Source of the DNA: Marsupella aquatica
Taxonomy: Eukaryota > Plantae > Marchantiophyta
Reading direction: 5' to 3'
NCBI GenBank assembly: GCA_973895155.1
Contig: OZ316898.1
Location: forward strand, 15,654,330 to 15,718,329
DNA: 64,000 nt
Part shown: positions 1 through 12,503 of the stretch, piece after piece
Layout of the letters: each line of letters starts with the position of its first letter
Numbering within the stretch: position 1 is the first letter of the stretch
Notes under the pieces: model-generated
Database searches by the model: none
What the model saw: only the letters and a program-made list of their open reading frames with translations
Told to the model about the DNA's origin: nothing
Position numbers and translations under genes: made by a program

Positions 1-804
1 AATAGCAGAAACTAAATCCTTCTTTCCTACCGCGCCAGATCCTCCCTTCTCCGCGCCCTCCATTCTTGATTCACCAAGGGGTATTGATCGCGATCGGAGC
101 TGCTTCTCTGCCATGTTTGCCACTGACTCCATGGCCAGTGAGTGTGAGTGACTGAGTTAAGTTCAATGTCTGCCCGCGCATTTTGCCTTCCGACTTCCCA
201 GCTTGTCGAAAATGAATTCGGGACGGGAAAGTGTTTTTGAGCGTTACCCTTAAGAAAAACTTATCATCCTGTTTTCGTTCGCTTTGTAATGGAAACGCTT
301 AACCGGAGTTCCGCTTCTACCTGCTCATCCGTAGTTAACTTTAACCCTAGGCGAGTAGCCCCAATATTTGTCACTTTACAAATTCTCTAATGTGTGCTGA
401 TTTATACACTCATTCGTGCTCGTAAGATTACAATAGTCTCACAACCCTGACTGACTTTGGTAGGGTTTCTATAAAGTACGGCAGTTGAGTTGTGATGTCG
501 TCTCTACTAGAGTGTGTCTAAATCCGCTAAAATAATGGGCCTGTCGTCTCAATTCTCGATGCAACGCTTCGGTCCAGGAATCCAGTGTGCGTGCAAGTAT
601 CGATGAAGTCATCACACATTTGGCAGGTGGTATAGATCATGGCGCCCGGACGAATCATGCGAGAGGACTGCTGAATCTGCATCTGGGATTGGGAGACAGG
701 TAGGTACGGTAGGAATGCAGGCAGAAATTGCGATTGAAGGGTTTGGATCGTAAAACCCTAAATCTTAGACTTCAGACTAGGTGAGAGAGAGACCGGGGCG
801 GGAG

Positions 805-1048
805 ATGGCTACGGGGAACGAGGTCCTGTCGCTGTTTCGATCGCTGCTGCGAGTTCGGAGGCAGGCATTTGCGGGGGACGAGGTGATGGAGGTGGCAGCT
901 GCGGCACAAATTCGACATATGTTTGAGGTGAATCGGCATGTCTCTGACCCCAAGGTCCTCCGACAGTGCATTGCGCAGGCTCGGGAGGCTGTGGATTTCA
1001 TATCTTTGAATGTGGTTCAAGCCAAGCTTAACGAGCGTGGCAATTATG
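805..1048 (+). CDS. LYR-motif mitochondrial protein (MZM1/LYRM7-like), exon 1
   Basis: ATG at 805 gives MATGNEVLSLFRSLLRVRRQAFAGD...IRHMF...VVQAKLNERGNY: LYR-type LFR motif and plant MZM1-like C-terminal VQAKLN.RG.Y. GT donor (gtacgt) at 1049. Confidence 0.8.
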
Positions 1049-1914
1049 GTACGTAATCTGGCCTTTTTTAATTTCCGAGCGCACCTAGCCCGAATGTACG
1101 TGAGTTCGTCTTGTCAGTGAACTTCTTCAGGTCGAACAGACTTTCGGAACTCTAGCCATTAACTAATCATTAGCCGAAAGAATTAAGCGGTTCATGATTA
1201 GTTGAATCCTTTGGCAACGGAATATCCGCCTCCAACCATTCATACACTTAGCCAACCTACCTGTCCATTGAGAATGTCTAGATTCCCTCAGTGGGTCTTA
1301 ATGCGGTCTGTTTTTCTCAATTAGGGTTATCTTGAAACTTTGTCCATGCGGTGGAGTGATAGCAATCCACAACCTGCCACGGCTCTCTGTCACGGCTTTA
1401 AGTGGATAATGCAGTTCGTAGTGCGACGTTGGAACTTCTCTCTGTTACACATTTCGGAACTTAGGTGAGCAACGTTTGGTTGTCATTCGCTTGGTGTACC
1501 TAGCCTGTTTGGTTTAGGCAGCCATGGTAGTGTTGCCTAATATGCTGCAAGTCTGACCCGATCGAGGACCCTTGGACAGTTCGGTGTGATCTTGCCAATC
1601 AATCTACTTCGCAGCCAGGAGAGAAAATTTGTGACCTTATTTCATGGATGGATGTCTTGGAAATGTGGGTGGAAAGCTTTAGTTTTTCGCAAAATTCTTC
1701 ATGATTATGTAACTATTTATGCTTAATCACCACGAGCATCGTTGAAACACGATTCTGTATCCCTACCGGAATGGGTAAAGCTGATAAATAGCCAAAGTAG
1801 TTATAAATCCCTTAGGCCCACCTGTGCACATTGTTCCTGACAATAATCTTTAATACGAGGCGAACTGCTCTAGAAACAGATCGTTAACACCTTTTTGCAT
1901 ACTGTAATTGACAG

Positions 1915-1988
1915 ATTTTCTATCGTTTGAAAACAGCTTAGAAAAAGTGTCAGTGGAGGTAGGGGCGACGGTATGTGTGGCAGATTGA
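1915..1988 (+). CDS. Candidate terminal exon of the LYR gene
   Basis: Acceptor tgacag at 1914 (alternative ttag at 1941), phase-compatible with exon 1. Reads ...EKVSVEVGATVCVAD*. Weak support only. Confidence 0.3.
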
Positions 1989-3654
1989 TGCTGATTCACT
2001 TAGCCCTTAACGCGAAGTATTATGGTACTTATGAGATATGTATGCCTACAAAACTTTATGCAGAGATGAAGTTTGACCCGAGACATGCGGGGGAATCCTT
2101 GGAACAAGTTGTCCCCAAGCAAACACCCGGGAAGGTCTCCACATCGTGAAGGGTAGAATGAAGAAAAAGTTTTGACGTTACTGTGCATGCAAATATCGCT
2201 GCCTGGAAATTCAGAATTTGGAGGAACATAATATCTTATAACAGGGATTGAACGGCTTACTTTGAACAATTCGTATTATTGCCATTATGAAAGCTGGAAT
2301 ACTCTGGCGGTACTTCAGACCTCTTCTAGAATTTAATTGGCGTCTTTTTTCATAAAGGTCCAAATTGTTGACATTTACTGATACAGATTGAGATTACAGA
2401 CGAAGGTTATATATTGTAATCTGTACAAGTATTCTTCGTGTCCTGGTCTAATTTCAACTGGAACTCCATCAGTGAGAAACTCCAGCTACCTCTGCATCTG
2501 TAACACAAGTGGCCACAACATCTATGGAGACTTTTGAGATGATTCCGAAGACGAAGTGTGACCCTACCAGAGATTCTATGGCCTCAGAGGGAGAAGACAA
2601 GTCTTTACAATAGAACCTGCAAACATATTCTTGAGGGATGTGAGGGATCTAGGCACGCTATAGTGTTTTGCCTGTCATTTGGTCTGTGAGTGTCACCTTT
2701 CATCTGTGGCAGGGAGGACCAGAGGGGTCTCTGTGCGGGGAGAGTCAAAGTGCAAAAAGTGGGTTGTAGACAGGCAATAATTATGTGTCTGGCATTCGGT
2801 CTGTGTGTATGTTATTCCATCTGTGTGCAAGGAGGAACAAAGGGGTCTCTGTGCATGTGCATGGGAAACAAAGGATGACAAGAAATGGCCAGGCAAAAGT
2901 GAGACTGCCAGTACCCTTTTGCCAGTACCCTTTTGTTTGGTGCAGGGAGAACGAAACAAAAGGGTGACAGTGAAATGGGAAACTGCCTGGATATGGAAGC
3001 CAAAGCCTCCAGAAATGTTTAAAGGCATAGTACATCAGGAATCCAAACATTTCCTGCATATGATGGTAACAGCCTGGACTTGGTCACACTATTAACGATG
3101 TGTATGAAGAGATCTTTCTTCCTGATTGGTTGAGATCCCAGCTTGTGTCAAAATACTATTGTGCTCATGGTGGCATCAGGTCGTCCGAGAAAACTGTCAT
3201 GCAATGGTCTTGCACAACGCACTTCAATGTAACTCCCTCACGTAGTCGGGCTAGTTTCATTTTGGCGGTTGATGTATAATTGAATGCATGTACGTTCTTG
3301 GGCGAACTTCAGTCTTCTCTATAATTTAAGGTTGCTGGATTAGTTATTAGTCAAGGCCACTTCAAAAGTGTACCCTTGTTTGTTACTTATGAGGCGAAAT
3401 GTATGCCTTAACACGACTAACGTATTAAGCAAGTAAACTCGAGAAATGGTATGATGTTCAGAACGTGCATACCACATGCATTTCTGCTGGCTAAGTAAAT
3501 TACGAATGAATTCCCTCAATTAAGGACCTGCCTCTGAACAAGAAAAGTTGACGTGGGCCCCCTCCATACTAAATACTATCAGGATTGTGTAATAAAGGAA
3601 CCATAGCTTCAAAGAGAGTTGACTGGGGTTGGCGACAACGACAACGACAACTGT

Positions 3655-4050
3655 TTACAGGCCTGCCCTTCTCTCGTAGTTGACAGGATTAAGAGAACCA
3701 TCTCTAGAGAACCTAGTGCTCAAGCTGTTAAAACACTCCATTTGAATAGGGTCAAGACGCTTTTCTCCGGTTCCAAATCGCCTCGTGGAAATGCAATCAA
3801 TTGACCGTCCTGCAAGAAAGGAAACGGGGACACTTGAGAAAACAAATAGAATAATAGTTGAACTTATGTGCATAACCGGCAAAGCTACTCGAAGATATTT
3901 TGCTGGGATCTGCGTACCTTGTCAGGGTCGACATCTCGAGTGACACCATTGATCACGTCTATATCAGTAGGCCGAAACTCATCATTGAAGCTTAAGCTCC
4001 TCAATGTCAAAATGTCCGCTTTCATCTCTATCGAAGTAATTTAATGATTG
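3655..4050 (-). pseudogene. Decayed intron-containing CDPK 3' remnant (EF-hands 3-4 and C-terminus)
   Basis: Minus strand reads NYFDRDESGHFDIEELK...DVINGVTRDVDPDK, then a GT..AG intron at 3917-3810, then DGQ...RKAS*...FNSLSTRFSRDGSL. This matches the adjacent CDPK tail, with frameshifts and stops. Confidence 0.8.
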
Positions 4051-4275
4051 CCACATAAATGTTGAGGTGAACAACTCGTCTCTAGCACTGCAGCATCGTG
4101 TCTGATAGATCGCGACTTAGATCACCCCTGTACAGCTTGGCATCAATGTACTCTATGGCAGGCCTAACGGATCTGAACTTGATTACGTTGTACGAAGGCT
4201 CTCGTGAAAGTTCACTGTTCATGATGCAAGAATATGGATGTAACGAACGACAGAAAGTGTCTGAAAACAGAAAAA

Positions 4276-5892
4276 TCATCTTTTCTCTCGGAGAGAATAG
4301 GTGGTTGGCCGGGAGTGCGTGACAGCAAGTGAACCGTCTCTAGCAAACAATCTCGTGCTCAAGCTGTTGAACAACTCTCTCGAGTAACGACGAGAAGCCT
4401 TCCTCCAATCTGTCCCAGTACGCATCATAGAAGCAAACTCTTCATAACTAATTTGGCCATCCTTATCCGTGTCCACCTCCCTCATAATGTCGTTAATAAA
4501 ATCCTCTGATTCATTCGGCCCTAAGTCGTCAGCAAGGGCCAATCTCAGCTCATCCATGTCAATGTAACCACTTCCGTTCCTATCAAAGTGGGCAAATGCC
4601 TTTTGCAAGTGCTCCTCTTTGTCCATCTGCTTCAGGTGAATGCTGGCAGCAACAAACTCCCCATAATCTAAGGTTCCACTACCATCCGCATCCGCAGCAT
4701 CCATCAAAAGCCTCACCTCAGCCTCAGGTAAGGTGGACCCGATCTTTTGTAAACCTGCTTTCAGCTCATCAAATGTGATGGCCCCATTGTTGTCCGAATC
4801 CATCATCTGGAACATTTCTCTCAAGCCCTCAATCTCCTCCCCGGACAGATGTTCTGCGATGATTCGTAGGGCCTTCTTCTTGAGTTTGTTCATGGCTGAA
4901 AACTGTTTTAATCTGTGCTTTACAGCATCACCCAGTTGAATGTTCGGAGCCTTCTTTGCATTTTGCAGCCATTGATGGTCCAGCACCTGCTGGGCTGTGT
5001 ATCTCAGCTCGGGATCAGGCTCCAGCATGTACCTCACCAAACTCTTTGCATTGTCTGACACTTTGGGCCAGGGATCTCTAGAAAAATCTAAAACGCCCCG
5101 GAGAATGGCTAGAGCCACACCTTGCTCAGTCTCCGCCCAAAAAGGTGGCACTCCACACAGCAAAATGTAGAGGATAACCCCTGCACTCCACACATCTACT
5201 TCTGGGCCATAGTTCCTCTTCAACACCTCTGGAGCCATATAATAAGGGCTCCCCACTATCTCAGTGAACCGCTCTCCCGGAGAGAAGAAGCAAGACAGCC
5301 CAAAGTCAATGGCCTTGAGAGGGGAGTCTTCCCTCTTATTGGCGAAAAGAAAGTTCTCAGGCTTCAGATCTCGATGCATGACTCTATGTTTGTGACAAAC
5401 CTTCACCACCTCAACAATCGTCCTTGTGACGTCAGCAGCTTCACGCTCACTGTAGTGACCTCGGTCGATGATCCGGTCAAAGAGCTCTCCGCCTTCACAG
5501 AGCTCCATCACTAGATGCACAGCTTGATCATCCTGGTGTACTCCTCTCAGGCACACAATGTTATCATGCTTGGGGAGATGGTGCATGACTGCCACCTCTC
5601 GCCGGACATCCTCCACATCCACTGCCGTCCTCAGCTTCTTTTTGGAGATCGACTTACAAGCTAAGAGCTCCTGGGTCTCTTTGTCCCTGCATAGGTATGT
5701 TATGCCAAACTCGCCTCGCCCCAGCTCCCTGCCCAACGTGTATTTGACCTGGATGTCCTCCCCCTCTTTGACCCCTTTGAAAACCAGCACTTTTGATGCC
5801 CCCGAGGCATAGTAACCATCCCTACCGTAAACATTCGCCTTCTTCTTCTTCCCACTCTTCTGCCCCGATGATAAACAAAAGCAGTTCCCCAT
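4276..5892 (-). CDS. Calcium-dependent protein kinase (group III, CPK7/8/10/13/30-like), intronless, 538 aa
   Basis: MGNC myristoylation/palmitoylation start; kinase motifs [21 protein letters not shown]; junction [12 protein letters not shown]; four EF hands; group-III tail [16 protein letters not shown]. Confidence 0.97.
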   Translation of the reverse strand: MGNCFCLSSGQKSGKKKKANVYGRDGYYASGASKVLVFKGVKEGEDIQVKYTLGRELGRGEFGITYLCRDKETQELLACKSISKKKLRTAVDVEDVRREVAVMHHLPKHDNIVCLRGVHQDDQAVHLVMELCEGGELFDRIIDRGHYSEREAADVTRTIVEVVKVCHKHRVMHRDLKPENFLFANKREDSPLKAIDFGLSCFFSPGERFTEIVGSPYYMAPEVLKRNYGPEVDVWSAGVILYILLCGVPPFWAETEQGVALAILRGVLDFSRDPWPKVSDNAKSLVRYMLEPDPELRYTAQQVLDHQWLQNAKKAPNIQLGDAVKHRLKQFSAMNKLKKKALRIIAEHLSGEEIEGLREMFQMMDSDNNGAITFDELKAGLQKIGSTLPEAEVRLLMDAADADGSGTLDYGEFVAASIHLKQMDKEEHLQKAFAHFDRNGSGYIDMDELRLALADDLGPNESEDFINDIMREVDTDKDGQISYEEFASMMRTGTDWRKASRRYSRELFNSLSTRLFARDGSLAVTHSRPTTYSLREKR

Positions 5893-6927
5893 AGTGTGCT
5901 TCCCCCTCCTCCTCTGCCGAGATCTACACTATGAAAGCCCTCCAAATCCCATGAAGTGATCACGGAGGGTGCTGGGCCAACCCACCACTCGTCAGGAACA
6001 ACTTGGTTTTACAGAAGGCATCTCAGCCCACCACACTAGGGGCAAAGACCCACACACCCTGTCACAGACTCATAATCCCTCAGTCGGTAGACAGTCGGTC
6101 CAACATCCCCACCATACAAACATCTTTCACTGTCCCCTGGATGCGATCTCCATACCCTACGCAGAGTTGAAGCCAATCTGGATACGCAGCTAAAACAACA
6201 AAGGAATCCTGGGCGATCGAGACGTGTCAAATTCTCCCACAGACTTACTTAACCCACGAGTCCGTTCTCCAGCTGCAGATCGACTCTCCTCGGACAACAA
6301 GACCTTTACATTTATCAAATCGCGGAACTGCACGCCCCGTATGGCTGCCAAACAGTCTACATCCCTGAAACCTCTTCTCCCCGCGTTCCGTTCCTTGCTT
6401 TGCGCCTGCTGTACCTCTGCCAGCAAGTCTGCATCCACCCGACCACCCGTGGTTGCTGGATGCTCCTCTCCACCTCCTCTCCCTCGCCTCTTTCGCTGCC
6501 CTTCTCGGTTTCACCCAGTTGATGGCAGAGGTACAGAGTAAAGACCACCGAACCCCGTACCCCAAAGCTGTCTAAACCAAGCCCACCGATCACCTTGGCT
6601 CCTTAAACCAGTAAAATTTACGTTCGAGATTGAAAAAATAAATGTGGAACCAACCCAGCAACGCGGCCCACGCCCGGCCTGCTGTTTCTCTGTTTCCTTT
6701 TGCTGTGCACTGTCCTTCGTGTCTGACAGGCTCTCTGACTTGCAGGCGTCCGAAACGGCTGAGCTTGCTGGGGACCTTGGCTCCCTGGCCTTGACTGGCG
6801 ATCTGAGTGGCTACGGCAGTGGCTTGGCGATCTCAGTAATTACGGTGCTAGAAGTGCTATTGTTATGCCAGTAACCATAGTAATTGGATCGATCACGTTT
6901 AAGTTGGGATCAAGACATAGTTGTTCA

Positions 6928-7248
6928 CAACAAGTTTTATTGTTAAAAGTCTCAATGCTTATGCTCTGAATATTGATGTTAAAAGTCTCAATGCTCATTC
7001 TTTGAATGTTGAAGTTAAAGAGCCACTAGCCCGGACACAAACCTGGTTCCAAAAATTTCACCATTTTTAGTATTTTTTTTTAAATTGTGAAGTAAAGTCT
7101 CATGGTAAGGAGAGGAATGTGAAAAGTGAGAAGTCTTGGACACTCCTCCTTTTATATTGCCAGTGGTGGTTTAAAGCCCAGGATGCATTGAACAAGTTTT
7201 ATTGTTAAAAGACTCAATGTTCATTCTTTGAATGTTGAAGTTAAAGCC
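6928..7248 (+). repeat. Short dispersed direct repeat
   Basis: acaagttttattgttaaaagtctcaatg...tgaatgttgaagttaaag at ~6928-7020 (with an internal partial duplication) and again at ~7192-7246. Confidence 0.6.
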
Positions 7249-7939
7249 TGGATGCAAGTTGCCCATGAAGCCCGAAAGGATAAACTACACCTCCATGGAT
7301 TTGATTTAAACATAAACATATGCTTGGATATTGCTATTGACATTTCTGTCCAAAAAATACGTTCAGTAACCAAATCATCATTTATGTCCAAATATTTTGC
7401 CTATTACTGACTATCACCACTTGTGTCATAAAGATACTTTGTGGGTGGCTAGAGCACTTTTAATTTAATGCTTGGCTCCATTCTCCTAATATTCTTTCCC
7501 CTCCACATAGTTACTAAAAAAGATAAAATGTAAAGTACATTTAGGCCCTTATATAAATACCTGGTCTTCATGGTAGATGAAACTTAGAGTAGATTGTGTA
7601 CTTCAAAGACTACTCATTATGGACCCCCATTAGGGGTCGGGCCTTGCAAAGTCCCTTGCATGAGGATGTGCCACATCAACGAGGATCGTGACAAACAGGA
7701 CAAAGCAGTTTTTTGGAAAACAAAAAGGTCTTTGTCATGTTTGTGTTCATATTCGTGTAAATTATGGGGCGCCATGCCGTAAGTGTTAATTACATTTTGA
7801 GTGTTTTTAAATTGTTTACTATGTAATTAGTTAGATAATTGCCACTAAAGAATGTAAGTAAATAAGTAACAGCTCATACCTGATCCTCTCTCTTTCGATG
7901 AGAGAGATACCAACAAGAGATGACTATAAACAGGGTACT

Positions 7940-8620
7940 TCCATTCTATCACAACGCGCTACTGTCATTGAAGACATCTCAACCTTCTGCGGTGAGCGCT
8001 ATTGACATTCGGCCGGCTATGAGTGTATTGAAGCTCGACTTTAACTTGCCATGTGCATGAACCGGCTTACAAGTAACTACATTGGCTTTGGAGAATACTT
8101 GCAACAGATGTTGTAGCTTTTGCGTAGCTTTTGCGTAGCTGCTTCACCTCCATAAGCAGTCCTGTGCCATCCAGGTTTGCACAATGAAATGATAAGGCTG
8201 TTGCAAGTGATTGTCTTAAGGTTCTTCTTGCACAAATTAGGTGTTAGGCAAAGAAAGTGCCTTTCGGGGAGCCTTTGTTGGGATTTTCATTCTATTGTGT
8301 GGAGTAGTGATTGCCAATGGATAAAAGGCTTTTAAGAGAGTCAATTCAACGTTCAGCTGCAAACTGGGATCAGGAACCAGGAGCTTGTCGTGGAGGTCCG
8401 ACTTGTTTGCTTGGAGCCGGAGCTAGAGTCAAGTTTCACATGTTGCTGGTTCAGTGACAAAGTACTTCTGCATTCCATCTTAGGGTCGGAGTGGAGTGTC
8501 AACATTGCTATTTCCCCATTTGTTGCGGTTGCCATCAACTTTGGTGTTCTGTCTATGAGTGCTTGCGTCACTATGAAGTTGTGGCTATAAATGAAGTGAG
8601 CACCCTGGGCCCTCAGTGTT
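7940..8620 (+). mobile_element. Possible highly degraded LINE reverse-transcriptase fragment
   Basis: Scattered motif relics in RT order: KLDF (~8031), GFG (~8084), GVRQ..CLS (~8240), AINF (~8530). No continuous ORF. Confidence 0.3.
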
Positions 8621-10050
8621 AACTAATATGGGATGATGTGTGAATGCTCAAAGGGTGGATTTTATTCATTTTAAATTAATAATTATAATTATGACCGGTA
8701 AGAAGGGAACTTTTTATAGAAAAATGGAAATAACAAGGGGTGAGAGGGATGGAGTCCCGATTGCAGGGGGTTCACTTCTTTTACTTGAAGTGAGGGCCCA
8801 AGGAGTGAGTGTGGTCTGGGTCCAAGCTTTGGAGGTGCGCCTGCTATTGTTGCCAACCGATAGAGAGATGCAGACTGAAATTGGATGAGGGTGCATTGAC
8901 CATGAGTGAGCTAAGCTCAAGTTCAAGTTGGAGTAACCATTTGTGTTGTATACTTTGATCAAGTGAAGGCAGGTCCAGCTCAGAGTTTTCAAGGTGGAGC
9001 TGGCAGGAGTACTAGAGGCGCGCAAGGCAATCCAAGCTGAGTGAGTCCGGGCCTTGCTAAGCTGAACTAAGCTGAATACGTCTGCGGCTATATACATCTG
9101 CTTGGCAACTTGCAACTCCCACACTGAAGATTCTTACACTTTGCATGAGTTCTTTCACTAAAACTTGAGGTCAGTCTGCATTGCCAGTTTCATGTTGTAG
9201 CCACATTGTAATGATCTTTTGGTTTCCTTTGTGTTAAAGCTGAGTGGAGTTTCAGGCTTATCCTAAAGGACTATCAGGCTTTGAATGCCAATACCCTACA
9301 AGCAAGTGAATGTATTTTGCACTGCCATAATGAATTTTGCATTTGCCTTGTAGTTTATATCAGGACCAAACGGCAAGGGGCCGGCATTTGTTGCAACTGT
9401 TTACTTAATGTTGATCTCTCCATGTGAGTGTGTAGTGTGCATTGTTAAGCAGATTACTGTGCAGATTATGTAGGAAGTTGATTTAAGGCACTGTGTACTG
9501 AATGTAAGCAAGTTGAATAGGGCCCGACCAATTTCTTTTAATATTGCTAATTATTGTCCATGCTGGTTGTCACCATGGGGAGGATCAGGGGTATGGGAGT
9601 CAGGGTCAAGCTTAAGACTCAGTGTTTGTTATCGACATTATCTCTTTGTAGAACAAGTGGAAGAAGCCAATTGATGGTTGTGGAAACCTGTAGTTGTTGC
9701 TCACTTCCTCCTACTCTGCGTTGAACTTTGGTTTTGCGAGGGAAATCACTAGCCTATGCACTCTTCCTTGGAATGATTTGAATTTTATAAAACAGTTTTT
9801 CGGCCGCAAAAAACCCCACGGCCAGGGAAAACAAACAGCCAAAAAAGCACATATAGCCAGGACCCAACTAATCAGAGTACAGCCACCTACCAGCCATAGG
9901 CATGCCCCAACAAGACGTAGAGGAACACATCCCAGGTACCCAAACAACCCACTCAAGAACGGAACCGTGCATGGAAGCCACAACCAATCAGGAAGGAGTA
10001 GGAGACAACATAAGAGGCAACATGCCCTCAAGACTAATCCCAACAAAGCC

Positions 10051-10222
10051 AAACTGATCACCTGTCAGATGTGATATGACCACAACCGTGTAGAATCTAG
10101 TTCATACGCTGCTCATCAATCCAGGTTTTGGCCCTAAACTGATCACCTGTCAGATGTGATATGACCACAATCGTGTAGAATCTAGTTCCTACGCTGCTCA
10201 TCAATCCAGGTTTTGGCCCTAA
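10051..10222 (+). repeat. 85-bp tandem duplication (2 copies)
   Basis: aaactgatcacctgtcagatgtg...ccaggttttggccct at 10051 and 10136, near-identical. Confidence 0.9.
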
Positions 10223-11476
10223 TGAGGCAAGTACCCTTCCGACCAGGGGGGAGTCTCCGACTAGCAACATAGAGGTTATCAGCAATCTCAGAGAGCACCA
10301 AGCCCAAGTCAAAAACCGGACGTCCACCAGCTTGGAACATGTGGGTGTTCCTGCCCATCCAGATCAGCCACAGAATCTGCACTAGTACATTTTGAGCCCT
10401 TTTACCGATCCTCTTTCTATCGGACGCCTTCGGAAAATCTGCGGTGAAACTTTCAGACATCCGATTGTTTCTATTTTGCAAAGTCCAATTTCCCAAGAAT
10501 CGGAAAAAGACAATCGGAAACGAATCGGAACTACCAATTATTTTAGGATCGGACATTTCGTTTATTTCTGTTTTGGACTTATCGGTGTCCTATTTATTGT
10601 GTATCGGACATTCCTTCCGTCCATTCTAGCAAAGTTGGGAATTCTGATACAAATGCGATGGAAATAGCATCGGAATTTTTGATATATTTGGAGTCGGGAA
10701 GAGCGATGTCAAGAGAAACGGACTTTGCGATATGTGTGATATCGGAAATTGCAATGATATTGGTTTCGGACATTACAATCGTTATGACATCGGATATAGT
10801 TTGGTACCAACAAAATGCGTTTGCAAATGGGTTGCCGGTTTCAAATGGGAGGCCTAATTGCAGGGGTTTTAGCTTGGGTGCAATTTAAACAATTATTGAG
10901 GTCCAATATTTAGGGTATAGGGTATTTGATTCAAGGGAGACTTGATACATGGGGAAGGATGACATGGCAAAAGTATACATAGATGGATCATAGACAAAAA
11001 TGTAATATCTAGAGGAAAATTTAGTACAAAAAATGGAGAACGTACATCTACATATATGCATGGTGCAAAATATCCTAAAGGCAGGGCATAACAAATCTAA
11101 ATAGTGCCCTCCAACTAGCCACCTAGCTAGCCTAGTACTATGTATGTCTACCTAGCCCACTATCCATACAAGCTATGTTGCGTCTTCCTCTTCTTCGGGC
11201 GGGAGCGACTAGGCTGGTCTACGGTCCGTATGAGTCTCTACTACTGGTACATCGGGTAGTACCTGATGGTCTTGACCACCTAATGTGGCTCCATCCTCTC
11301 CTGGTGAACAATGTGCAAAAGCAATCTCTGGTACCCCCCCATCTCCAGATGCTGCTGAACCACAGGAGGGCACCCCTTCCCCAACACAAGTGTGGAAAGA
11401 AGCCCCTCCAGTGCCACCACCACTACCCTCCTCAGGCCAAAAATCACCTCCACCACTACCACCAGAACCTCCAGAC

Positions 11477-11753
11477 GGGTATGACATGCGTGACAATAAA
11501 CGGGAAACAGGTTTACTGGTACCAGCAAAATTTACTGTTACCAGAAAAATGACAATGTAAAAATATTTCCAAAAAAATCATATTTTCCAAACAAAAAAAA
11601 GGCAAACGACATTTTTTGGCTAGCTTTGGGCACTAGCAAAAAAATGTTTTCGACAATAAAATAAATTAAAAAAATTAATTATCACTCATTTTCCTGTTAC
11701 CGGTTTTTGTTTCTTGTTACTGTTTGTTGTTTACTGTCGTTTGTAAATACCCC
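11477..11753. mobile_element. 277-bp MITE related to the Mutator-like element
   Basis: 8-bp TSD ctccagac (11469-11476 and 11754-11761). Ends GGGTATGAC... and ...GTCGTTTGTAAATACCCC match the ends at 16247/34242 and 26545/33422. Confidence 0.9.
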
Positions 11754-12176
11754 CTCCAGACTGTCCAGTAGCAATGCCACCACCACCACTATGAGGGTGA
11801 GAAACAGAGCTAGCCCTCAGGCCAAGACTCACCTCGACCACTATGGCGAGAACCTCCTCACTGGGTCCCTACACCACCACTATGAATGAGAGATGGTGTG
11901 GGCACATGACTGACAACCCTCTCCCCCGACTGTCGTGAACCACCTGGTACACTACTAGGGCCAGCCCTGAACTGACTATACGCAACACCACCACCACTAC
12001 CCCCTACAGGCCGAGACTCACCTCCACCACTATGGCTGGAACCTCCAGACTACCTAACAACATGACCACTGTCAGCATGAGATGGTGCGGGTCATGAACA
12101 CAAACCCCCTCGGACTATCGAGAAACATCTGGTACAACATCAGGGCCAACCCTAAACTGACGAGGAGCAACACCAC

Positions 12177-12345
12177 CCCCTTGGCCACCTCCAGCAGCTG
12201 GAACCCGAGATGCACTACCAACCCCTCGACCACCTCCAGCAGCTGGAACCCGAGATGCACTACCAACCCCTCGGCCACCTCTAGCAGCTGGAACCCCAGA
12301 TGCACTACCAATCCCTCGGCCACCTCCAGTAGCTGGAACTCGGGA
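12177..12345 (+). repeat. 39-bp tandem repeat, ~4 copies
   Basis: Unit ccctcggccacctccagcagctggaacccgagatgcactaccaa; visible as periodic translation (SSSWNPRCTTNPS). Confidence 0.9.
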
Positions 12346-12503
12346 CCCACTACCACCACTCCTGCCTGGTAATCTTCGATGAGGAGGCATATCGCCTCTA
12401 GTGCTCTCCATCCGGCAAGTGGGGCCACCTACACCCCTACTAGACTGGTGACGTACTCTCTCATGGGATCTCGACCGACCATGTGCACGACTAGAAGGTC
12501 GTA

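Noticed and set aside
2690-3095. Cluster of overlapping short ORFs with local repeats
   Set aside because: No recognisable domains or splice structure; probably old repeat debris.
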